A DNA stretch of 64,000 nucleotides from Tubulanus polymorphus (Eukaryota; Animalia; Nemertea), in assembly GCF_964204645.1 (NCBI RefSeq), contig NC_134026.1, forward strand, positions 5,479,950 through 5,543,949, in the 5' to 3' direction. The stretch's first letter is position 1. Each line of letters starts with the position of its first letter. The notes under the pieces were generated by a model. The model worked only from the letters and a program-made list of their open reading frames with translations. It was not told the origin of the DNA and ran no database searches. Made by a program: the position numbers and the translations under genes. Below are positions 27,101 to 38,100 of this stretch, in pieces.

Positions 27101-28494
27101 ACATTCATTTCAAAATATGACCCTCAATCGGGTATCAAAGTTGCGATTGATACGGCCATGAATTTACCATGGAGCGGTTTTACTCATGCTGTCTTCTGTT
27201 TGAATCCACCTGGAGCATTTTACATGGTATGTTAAATTTCTTCTCAATGATTATCTAAGGTTTTTTGTTCATTCCTCTATTCGTGGATCTGCATCAATTT
27301 TCTCGATTTCCAGGGAGCGCCTCACGCTTCATATGACAAACCACAATTCACCTCGCAGCTGGATCTTTACAGCACAAACAAGTCACCAACGTGGAAAGAT
27401 GGATTCAGGGTATGAACTTTCTAATCTTTCATCAACTCTCTTAATCAGCAATAGACTATTCATGTAAATTTTGCGTTTCAGCATTTTCAAAGTCGATCGT
27501 ATCATCGTTATTTGTGTGTGATAATACATCTACAGGAGATCAGCGTCTCTGTGAATAAAGAAAACTACAAATACGGTTTACTTGAACAGGTAATATAGAT
27601 TTAATCTCTATTATTGCTGATTATTTATCCCATGATTGTATCATTAGCTGACATGTGCAATTCTCCCATCATTTTCTAGGGTTGGACAGCAGTTCAAGTG
27701 TTCAATGATATGTACGCTAATACACAAATCTATCAGTTACCAGTATTTCATGGCTCTCCTACTCAGAGCATGCTTAAACTTTTAGCTCGCGAACCGTGTA
27801 TAGAGTTTGTACAACGAGGACTACAAAATGGCTCGGTAAGTCACTTGTTTTCCAAGAAATATCATATTCCTCCGCTCTTCGATGGTACATGGACCCGTTA
27901 ATAACGTTTTCTACTGAATATTTCAGTTAAAACTGCTGGAAGGAGCTTCGTTGTTTGTGCGATTATGTGATGCTAGACGAGATGAAGAACTTACTGAAAA
28001 AAGAGAGGATGACGTTGTAAGTACATTATCATGTACATTCAACATCAGCATCCTGTTTGATTGCCCATCAGGGCTAAAAATCTTTAATGATTTTATTCTG
28101 ATTTTAGGTTTATTTGCAATTGTTTATTTCATACTCTCAATAAAGCAAACGTCATGAAATTAGTTTATGAAATCAGGCTCCACTGAGCATGCCTTTATGT
28201 GATGCCTTATTTTGGGTCCATTTCAGATGGAATTGTCAACCGAATATATCCCACTTCCCTTGTATCAAAAATACACCACGGAACTACCTGGTCAACAGTT
28301 CATACAGATGATACCTCCTGGTAGAGAAACCTCTGAATTTACCGCTGGTCTTGCTGCCAAATTCAAAAGTGTAAGTAGTCAGTGCTTTGCTGATCTATCT
28401 AATGTACTGATAGGCATATTTTGAATATTATCGATATATTCCAATTTTGTAGTTGGTATACAAGTTATACGAAGAAGGAAACTTAAATGTATGA
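12107..28494 (+). CDS. CCDC17: Coiled-coil domain-containing protein 17-like with a long C-terminal extension (~30 exons)
   Basis: N-terminal CxxC..HxxxFC motif (RCEDCNMSF..HKEKFCIG); GSLLAEISALRQAYVDGGGNDP; GYDASTGFVIFHDF; KQPVPRCPP; GRWRIQLKSLP; LELYLRLVNHRDA, all aligning with CCDC17 as remembered. Exons 12107-12328, 14748-14969, 15249-15383, 16828-16957, 17293-17449, 17898-17974, 18063-18294, 18506-18565, 18639-18769, 18885-19174, 20464-20591, 20778-21011, 21389-21593, 21679-21789, 22020-22091, 23722-23924, 24323-24443, 24635-24938, 25158-25423, 25707-25826, 25917-26072, 26162-26278, 26377-26550, 26746-26970, 27053-27226, 27314-27409, 27482-27589, 27680-27835, 27927-28016, 28227-28370, 28453-28494, all phase-compatible. 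Confidence 0.85.
13470..13805. mobile_element. hAT-like non-autonomous element
   Basis: Termini CAGGGGCGGATC / GATCCACCCCTG; no clean TSD seen. Confidence 0.55.
16975..17179. mobile_element. Degenerate DNA-transposon derivative with internal TTCCCTGA subrepeats
   Basis: gggctggcca...repeated ttccctga...gtagccgccctg; a similar copy lies at 33140-33320. Confidence 0.55.
21113..21243. mobile_element. Harbinger-like MITE (family also at 31078 and 41753)
   Basis: TIRs ggaccagttgcacag / ctgtgcaaccagccc; internal ttaagactggtcttaa and gttgttagattggct shared (reverse) with the other copies. Confidence 0.75.
23188..23287. mobile_element. Short foldback MITE
   Basis: ggatccagttccacagttgtgagtt ... aactcagaactatggaaacgggtcc. 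Confidence 0.6.
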
Positions 28495-29478
28495 ATGCAA
28501 TGAATACCTACAAGACTCGAGCTGTCACTTTACAAACTGCCCTTCATCAGCATGAAATGGAATGTTTAATAAAGTGGAATGAACTCCTTGGCTTTCAGAA
28601 TCAAAAAATATCCGTGTCTCCATTCTTTGTATTGTTAACAAATGCATTGCGAGTCAGCTAGTTTTAGATTAACAATAATTCTTGTTATTAAATGTATATA
28701 TTACTTTTAAAAAGATTGCTTCTCCTGGGTCAAAAATGTGCATCTTAAATTTAGTATTGTCTCATATAGATACAGTATACTAGTGAAATATGTAATTATC
28801 TTTGTAATGTTGTATATTAAGTTGTGTGACTATTTTTTGTATATGCTTATTTATGTTTATGATGCCATCCATCTGCTGTATTTGTGGATACAATAAGTGC
28901 TAATATAATTTAACCGTCCAACAAATTCATACTTCAATATACCGATGTTCGTATTTACTTATTGTATTTTTGTGTATAAGCATAAGGAATAATAATGAAG
29001 ACTTTACCATATTTGAAAATTGTTTTATTATCGCTGGATTGTGGTCCCGTTTTAATCAGATATTGTCAAGCCCTATCCGACATCAAAATCTAACAATGCA
29101 GGGTGTCATCTGAATCTGTAGCCTTGAAGCCATCTCCCATTTAAACATTCACCAATGAAGTGTCAAATCTCAATGATTGCGGGGATAAAATGACTGGATG
29201 TCCGGTGTTTGTGGTGCATTCTTTTGTTCATTTTTTATCAAAATGTCCGATGTGAAGTCCAGACGACAGATGACGCGTCGACAATCGTGAATTGGGAAGA
29301 GTGGTGGATTGATAATTGAATGCCTGAGGGGTGGTTCCATACTGTAAATTGAAACCTACGTACAACCTCGACAGAGCAGTTTCACGGATCCTTCAGTCGA
29401 TGAAATATTTAGCTAAAGAGGAACTGCTGATAATTTTAGTTTATTTCTATACACAATTTATTTACAATCAACCGGTAT

Positions 29479-32400
29479 CTAAACTTTATGTTTGATCTTC
29501 TTCAGAATATTACTCTGTTCTAAAGCCGCTCTTCTTTTACGCTGAAAAATAAGAAAGAAAATGCAAGAAAATAAACAATAAATCAACTACATCACAATAC
29601 AGTGTATAACAAATAACTCAACGAATAGAAGTTACTCACCAGTTCTCCAGAGTTAGGTGTACCCGGTGTTCCGACTACATCTATCGTTTCTGAGATCTTC
29701 TTCTCTTTTCCCGGTGATTCGTTTATAGATACATCGATCGCTGCTAACGTCGACGAGGTTTGCGTCATGTTCAGGATCGGACCCAAGTCTAAAGGCTACA
29801 GACAAAAATATGTAAGGAATATCTATAATGCTTTCGAAACAAGATAGGGTAATTTCTTCTAGGAGTCCAGCTATGAACAATGCTCTTACCTTTCCAGGCG
29901 CTAATTGCTCGTATCTGTGACGTAAAGTTTGTAGCTCGTATTCACAATTCGCCAATGCTACCTTTAGTTCGTACAGTAATACAATATCTTGTCTTAACTC
30001 GTTAAAATTCTGTACAATTTCCTCCGAAGGTATAGGATTGAATTCTGAAAATAATTTCAATAATTTCATAATCGAGGACTAATCTATACATATGAATTTC
30101 AAAACGTCATTTTTTGATACAGTCAAACCAACTCAATTTGGATAAAATTTTATCTAATCTAAATATCATTTACCAGTATGGCCCAGCTATACGTAAATGT
30201 AAGTAGAATATGATGTTTAATTCAGATTTCCTATAAACCGCATTCACTTGTCCCTTACCTATTCCCAATTCTTCTAAAACTTGTTCTAACGCTTTAGTTT
30301 TCTTCTGTCCAACTGACGAAGGCAATTTCATCTGAGAAAGTAAAGGAATGGTTATCAATTAAGAATTGCAGTTGTCAACTATACATAAGGGACTGTTCTT
30401 GAAATTCATATAAGAAGAGGAAAGAATCTTGCATGTTCCATTCGTGTACAACCCCTGAATGAATGTTTTGATTTGAGAGATTACCCTTTGGCTTCTGAGC
30501 GTGACACCGGGTTGTTTGAAATCGGGGAATTTAATACCAGTCGTTTCTGGAACGGTCTGAAAACAAAAAAGGTATAACGGAGTAAGTCTAACTCAAATAC
30601 AAGTCATCGGCGATTGCTGATCTAAATCATCAGTATCCCTACCACATCTTTACTCTTCTGCGTGAAAGGCATCTTCTTTTTCGGGTTTTTCTTATCGTGT
30701 TTGCGAGCGTCGACGTTACTGTCGGCGGCCGTTATCAGTTTCTGGAGATCTTGTGTTTTCTTTTCTCGTTCTTTCTTTCTTTGCTCGATTTTCTTCAATT
30801 CATTCATGAGATTTTCTTCCTCTTCGATCTAAAATGCATAGAATAATAGAATATTTTGAAGCCATCAGCATTTTCACAAATAATCAATTAATTTACTGTT
30901 ATCATATACATGTAGTTAGGCTTTTACTCATTTAAGAAAGTGATTCAGCAGAATTAGCTTCTACTGACAATACGTTGGAGTTAAAAGAAAGAAAAATATC
31001 ACCAACTACAGCAGAAAAGAGAAATAACAAATGTGCACTTTTCCCCCCCCCCCGAGACCCTATCATAAAACAAACATGGGGCCGGTTCCATAGTCATAGC
31101 TCAGTATAAGACCAGCATAGTTCTAAGCCAATCTAACAACTTGACACTGGTCTCAGGAAGGTTAAAGACCACATTTGGACGTAAGTCCCCTTTTCCTAGA
31201 ATGCAGTTTCACTGCGCATTACATAGCGGTCATGCAGCTATGTGCTTTTATTACTTGACAACGCCATATTGAAGGTCATACACAATGGTATATTTACATG
31301 AAAAATCCCTGAAATTTGCAAGTGACCATATCATCTTTTGTTAAGTATAGCAAGTCAACACTGATGGGCTAACAAACTAAGACGTCTATCATGGAGGTTT
31401 TTATTTTGCGCTGATACCTGTTCATTAGTCCTGTTAAACAATTTATTCAGTTGGTCTTTTCGTCTTCGTTCGTGATCGGCGTCAAATACTTTGACTTTCG
31501 CTTCGTGACCGGGAGGAGCGTGCAACTAAAAATACACCGAAAAACATGAACAGCCGCTAAAATCTTCAACAGTTTAATGCCACAAAGAAATGAAATCCCA
31601 TCCCATCTATATGAAGTAGATAAATTTCATTCTTAATAATCTTAATAATCTGTATTTACTGTACTCTCATCAGATTTAATCATAAATTCACAACCTACTC
31701 AAGTTTTTTGGTTTCTCATTCCAAAACTCTTTATCTATCTTTTTTCGAATATTTCTCGACGTTATCAAATTTACCTTCGTTAAAATGTTACAAATGCCGT
31801 AGTAACGCTCTTTCAAATCTTCGACGCTTCGTTCGGAGAATTTCTCGCGGTCCCACCGATCGTGCATGACGATGAATCGTAAATCGAACCGCCGTCCCAA
31901 CTCGAACAGATGATCGGTCTCCTGACGAGTCCATTTATCGTCGTGTAAATTCTGCTGGTATTCGATGTCGGAGTACGACGGAATGTCCACTTGCTGTACA
32001 TAAACAATTGGAACTTCGATGAATAAATTCATGAATACGTGTACATTTTGACGAGTATAACACTACTAGGGGGAGTCCCAGAGAGGCGCAGTGGCCGAGT
32101 GGGTTAAGCCGCCAGTCACTGGTCTCGTCAATCCAGGGTTTATGGGTTCAAACCCTGGTGGCGACAGAGTTTCTTGGTCGAAGGTTCTTCTCTGGTCTCT
32201 CCCCCATTGGGAAAAAGAAACATCGAACCCCCTTATAATGCCTTGTGTGGCGCTGATTTTGATTTCACGAACACCCTTTTTAACTTAGCTTAGCGGGTTA
32301 AGGGTGTTAAAAAAAAGAGGGAGTCCCAATTTGGCTTTGAGGTAGTTAGATAATCCAGTATCTGCTGTATGAAATCTTTGTTTGTCTTTAATTTCATGAT

Positions 32401-33814
32401 ATGAAGGGAGTTGTGGAGGGCCGCATTGAATCAGAGTAAGCATAAAGACAGCACTGCGTAGGTTTACTAGATTTAACAGAAGTACGAGTTTTAGCAGCAA
32501 CTATATGGTAGCTGCATCAAGTAGATGAGTCACTCATTTTACGAAAAGCATGAAATCAAAATCATCGAAGTACATGTAGTTTCTTCAAAAATCAAAGATC
32601 CTAACAATAACGTACAAGAGGAGGGTGATTATAGAATCTAATCGAGCCTCTCTACAAAATTGATAATAATGACGACACAGTCTAATAGCCGCAACTACTA
32701 TGCCAAGGAAACAATTTGTATTAGAATATATAGTAAATTATACCTTATTGAATCTTGCAAATGGATAATCCTTTCCTTCATCGGCCACCCTTCTCCAATG
32801 ATAGAACACTGCACCATCCTGAAATTTTAAAGTAAATTTTAACATTAATTCCAAGATAATCTGATTTTTACGATATTCTTCAAAAACTTTTTAGGCAATG
32901 ATTCGCACCTTTCTGGCTGGATTGGTAAATGGCATCCATTTCCACGGTCGGACTTTACTGCGACCGATCTTGGCTTTCATTTGTTTATAGCCCGATTGTG
33001 GACTATCAGTCGGAATTATCGGCGGTAAATCTCTGCAAAAAATCAAAATATCAAGACAGCATAAGTTAACACTGATGGACACGTTTTAACTTTGCAAATT
33101 GTCTAAAAGCTGCTACAGCCTACTTCACCCATATTTCTTGGGTGGCCACTTTTATTATGTCATTTGATCTTTCCCTGAATTTTCCCTGGCTATTCCCTGA
33201 CACTCAACAAATTTCACTGACTTTTCACTGACTTTTCGCCTTTTTACAATTTTCCTTGACTTTTTTAAAGAAATGAAATTCCCCTGGCTTTTCCCTGAAT
33301 TCCAGGTAAGTTGCCATGGTGTTTTTGAGGAAGTGCAATCTAAAGTAGAGTACACTTCAAGTAGTAAGTAGTGATATTTGAAACGTCTGATATGGTATGC
33401 AGATCAAGAAAGTAGGCTTTGTGGTTTGTAATTGCTGACATAACTTCTTCATACTTGCTATCAGTCCACAGAAGTCCCCATAGTTCTCTGTGCATTCCTT
33501 CTGGGCGTTTCTGTTGCGTTTCAGTTTTCTTTGTCTTTTTCTGTTAATAATAGAAACAAACAAAATATATTTTCTTCTAGAATTCTGTGAAGATTCAAGA
33601 TTGCAAATGGCTGGTAATTCGCTATAGATGCTCGACCAATAGGACCTTCACGTTTATGGCTAAATTATTGTGGGATTTTTTCTCGGCCTCGACCAATTTC
33701 TTAAGAAAATATTCTTACCTTTTTATCGGAAGACATGATTGCATCTTTGGTCATCGGTTCACTGCTGACCTCCCCGAGCTCGAGGATATCTCTGACATCA
33801 CTTACAGCCGCCAT
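29479..33814 (-). CDS. DMAP1: DNA methyltransferase 1-associated protein 1 (NuA4/SWR1 subunit, SANT domain)
   Basis: Exons 33814-33719, 33540-33455, 33032-32909, 32818-32744, 31993-31775, 31525-31418, 30828-30643, 30556-30485, 30331-30259, 30044-29890, 29795-29640, 29541-29479. Peptides SDVRDILEL, KRPEGMHRE, VRPWKWMPFTNPARK, WTRQETDHLFEL..RSVEDLKERYY, KKTQDLQKLITAAD. Confidence 0.97.
31078..31190. mobile_element. Truncated Harbinger-like MITE (family of 21113)
   Basis: ggggccggttccatagtc...agccaatctaacaactt...agaccacatttggac is the reverse of the 21113 copy; the right TIR is missing. Confidence 0.65.
32081..32318 (+). mobile_element. Full-length tRNA-derived SINE with 10-bp target-site duplication, antisense in a DMAP1 intron
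   Basis: A box TGGCCGAGTGG (32092), B box GGTTCAAACCC (32145), 3' hairpin aacaccctt...aagggtgtt, A-rich tail; TSD gggagtccca at 32071-32080 and 32319-32328. Confidence 0.85.
33140..33320. mobile_element. Degenerate DNA-transposon derivative with TTCCCTGA subrepeats
   Basis: gggtggccac followed by repeated ttccctga/ttcactga motifs; same family as 16975-17179. Confidence 0.55.
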
Positions 33815-35174
33815 TCTTCAAACTTCAATTCAGTAGAATATAATTTTATTATTGTGATGAAATTGTATTGAATTGAATTGACATGGATGCAAAAATGGGA
33901 CGGAAAATCGCTTTCTTCGACACCTTTTGGTTCAGCTACAAAAATTCTGTTTGGTCAATTATTTTCAGAAATATGCTCTCCTTAAATGCATCTATTGTTC
34001 ATGTAGCAGATATAAGCATTTATTGAGATAATTCACCTTTTTCTGATTGTTTTTGTAAAAATTTGTTCAAATGGCAAATCAGCGACCGCTTTTAATAACC
34101 AAAGTCGATATTCGAACGGACCGGCGTACGGATAACTCCAAAGCTATTCATACGGAACTAGCTCTAAATAAAATCTGGTGATATAAAACCTGGCATGGCA
34201 TGGCATTTGGTAGGGCATGGAATGCAAAGACAAATGGAATTTGATATTTTCTATTTTTCAAATTCCGCAATTATTTTTTCTAATTGCGGCGATTAAAATT
34301 CGCGGCAGTTTTTTTGTACCGAGTGCGCCTCGGCAAATCTCGCTCCTGTTGTAGTGCGTTTTGTCCTCTCCACAGCACAGTCACTTTCGTCCTTGAATGA
34401 AAATTGGCCGAATTGCAATGCTTGATGCTGTTCCCCTGTCGAAGACCCTCACGACAATGACCATTGGTGACGACGAAGGAGTGCTCCGATATTTGTTTGT
34501 TGACGGAAGTAAAATCACATGCGCAGAGTGCGACGACGCGCAGGTTTAAACATGGAGGCGAGCCAACTACTCTAGCAATGTATTCTATCTACTGGAAATA
34601 CGCTCGATTTTCTGCTGTTCAACATTCGCCAACGGCATGAAAATGCGCGACGATCGTCGAGTAGATGTTACTGATTCGACGGATAGCAAAGACGCGGTTT
34701 TAAGACTGTGTTTGTTCTCGGAAACGGTCACTAAAGTTGAAGCGACGCAACAGGCATTCGATTCACGGCACATAGTTATCAGAAATACACACGGCAATAA
34801 ATAAGTAAATGATAATTCGATATCGAGAATCTTATATTCTTGGCTTCGTTATTGTACATTGAGAATTATCGTCAAAACCAGTGAATTGTTCATAGCACCC
34901 CTCTTAAACTGAGCGATGATTGCATTTTTTGGCGATGTTGGCCGCCACTGCGCCGCTGTATGCCTACCATTTCATCGCTGTTGGATAGTTGTCGGATTAT
35001 CGTATCGCCAAAAATCAGTTTTGCATTGCGAGCGATCTTGTTCTAAAATGCATCGAACAAGTTAAACGGAGTATTGCGCTGTAAATAGTGGCGAGAATTC
35101 GTGAATATATCATCGTAGAATTTGAGGCGCGGTTCGTTTCGAACCAACGAGACATTTTGTGATGAAGTATCAAT

Positions 35175-38100
35175 ATGAAAATTTTGATATTATTGCTTTG
35201 TATGATTCTACAACTGCTTCCAGCAACTGGGCTTATAGGAGGTACGTATATGCTTCAGTTTAAGTATCTGACAGTAGACAGCGTTCATTTTAGATCTTTT
35301 CCTTGGCATCATAAGTGATTTGAGAGGTAGCAGGTCAAGCCGTACCTAGGTCAAACCCTGTTGCAGACTTGTCCCTGCATTCTGACAAGCTGTTCGCCTC
35401 CCCTACTTAAAACAATTATTTTCCTGTTTGATATTTGACTATGATTCCTGTTTGACATCGAGACAAAGCAAAAAACACATAAATCTTCCCTTTTGCGACA
35501 TCAGATGTACGGGCCTTCATGTGTATATAGATTTTTTTTCAGTGAAAAACCCTTTTTCTGATAACGGTTTTACATTTAGTACCTTTTTTTTGTTAATACC
35601 AGCAAAAGCGGGTAATCTTAAACAAGGTAAATGTTGAGCATAGTTAGGTAGATTAAGTGGTACGAATTGACCAGGTATGAGTTGACTGGCAGGCCTTATC
35701 ATTTGAGAAGGTGAAGGGTGGGGGGATATTGTGACCGCCAAACTCTGTCGCCTCTGATACCATTCATTGAGACTGCAGTACGCACGAGAGGCTGATGCTG
35801 AAAATGACCGGGCTACTACCTCTCTGATCACAAATTGAATGATTAGCTAGCCAATCCAATTTGAGTAGTAAAAAGGTCAGAAAAAATATTTTTTCAGCAA
35901 TTAGCCCTATGTCGGAGTTGAGGGGATTCTAGGCCTACTGTATTTTCATTTTACAGGTGTTTACTACTACCAGCCATCTGAGCGTGTGAAGGAATCGGGT
36001 CATTCTCCTCTATTCTAAAAAAGCAGTCGGCCTTTATAGGTCAAATTAGAGTGTCGATGCCCTTTTTCTCTTCCGCGTTGTTTTATTTTTTTTTATTGTA
36101 AAAAAAGGTTAAATCCACCGTTTTTATTTAAGCTGTTTTTTCGAAGTATGAGAAGCAAACGTGTGATAAAACGGCTTGCGTAACGTATAACAGAGCGACA
36201 GTTGATTGATCTATCAGGATTGAGGGAGTACTGCCCTTAAACAGTTCATTCATCTGTCTGGAAAAAATTAATACGATTCTCAGATCATTAGCGTCCCTGG
36301 TAGGTTGTTGCACTAGAGACAAGCGAGTTCGAGTCCTGCTGGCTACTTACAGCGTGCTGGCAACAATCCTAAGGTGACACCTGACGATGATCTCTAGTGT
36401 GAGATCGAAACGTCGCGTTCTTATATTTTAGATTGTTTCAATAAATGAATTCTCGATTTTAGATTTCTTTTAATTTTTAAATAGTGGGTTTCTATCTTAT
36501 CATCTGTTCACCACGTTTGAGTGTGGTTATTGTACCAATCGTAGGGTTAGTCTGCGTTACTAGGAGGCAAAAAACGTTTCATTTTATTGAATTCAACCAA
36601 AATCTTTCCGGTTATACCAATTTGAACTATGATTTAAGGAAATTGATTTCATGATTGATCACATTCATTCAGGATATGTCTATGTGGTGCCTGAACTTAT
36701 TCACTTCAGAATTCATCAGCCGTTCTAGAATTCAGGTTACCAAAGAATCTTACGCCCGATCGCTTAATTCTTTCCATCGTCAAACGAATGGATGCAAGAA
36801 TTTGAGAAAGGGGGCGCCATTGGTCCAATTAAGATGTGGCAGGCAGTGCGGGACGGCTGTACCGTCCTCTCATGGTCGCTTCAGTGCGGTGCTCCCCAAA
36901 TGGGTCTGTCGGCCTTCCTCCAGCAAATTTTGAAATATTAAATGCTTTCTGGTGCATTCTTAGCACTTTTTGCTAAAAATCGAAAGATTATAATGACGAA
37001 ATTTGTGTAAAATTTTTTAGCAATGAGCAATGTATCTTTTGAGCTGATATTGACTATGTTTTTTAAAAGGTTTAGAAGAGAGCACACGGCGGGTATGTCT
37101 CCTTTCGATCTGCCACTAGTGATGTAAACAAAAATTGTGATTTGATCATAAAATACTACAATTTTTGAAGGTTTTTTTTCACTAAGTGGATGAACGTATT
37201 GTGTGCATTTCAGCCAATGATAACAAATAGCAAATCTTCAATCCCGTTGAGTAATAAGAAATTCATGCTAATGAATCATATTTAAAATGCTTGGACTGAT
37301 TCACGAGTCACTTGCCAGTGGTGGAATTCGGTATTTTGTAAAAGCATTTTGAATACCTTCGGCATGTATTTTTAGAAATCGCCACGTTTTTTTCCGCTGC
37401 CTAACATAATAATATTCATGTTCGTTCCTTCAAAATTGATGGCTTTTCAGCTCATCTTGACAGAAATAATTCCATCTGCTACTGATAGATAAATCAGTAA
37501 AGAGCGAAGCACGAGATGATGCATCAGGAGATCATTCATTTCTCAACTTATTCGTTTATATCAACCAGTTCGAAATCGAAGATAATAACTTTTTAGAGGT
37601 CGATTTTGGCAGACCAGAGAATACTTTTTTTTCTATCTATGGCAAGATGTCGACCCTCTAGATGGCATAATTTGAGTAGTAAAGCCAAAGGGTTGGATGG
37701 ATAAGACAACTCAAAACATTATGGAAGAAGTCACATCAAACTTCGTGAGGCTTATTTGCTTTCAAAGATTTTTTTTAGTAGTAGGCCTCGAGGATTGGCC
37801 AGTATCTACCTATCCTATTTTCATATTTAGTGCGGCTGCTTTGGAACAATGGACAGTTTTCGTTTTCGGCACCTTTATAGTCGTAACGTTGCATTGTAAG
37901 CTTTCTAGATTGTTTCCGAATGATAGTAATCGGTTTTAAAAGCAATCTTTGAAGTTGTTATATCATTGATTACACTGTTATATGAGTAATCTCGCTCATG
38001 CCGGAGTTGTTTTATTTCGCGCCGAGCGTAAGGGCAGAAACGTATCGTGTTGGACCCGGGCCAGGAATGTTCTGTCATTATGCCAATGCTTATTCGCTTC

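Noticed and set aside
29368-29400. Minus-strand CTGAAG..GAAAC..GTC hammerhead-like string
   Set aside because: Core is wrong (no GA at 8-9) and there is no stem II or stem I.
32081-32170. tRNA gene
   Set aside because: No proper acceptor or anticodon stem; TSD, body and A tail indicate a SINE.
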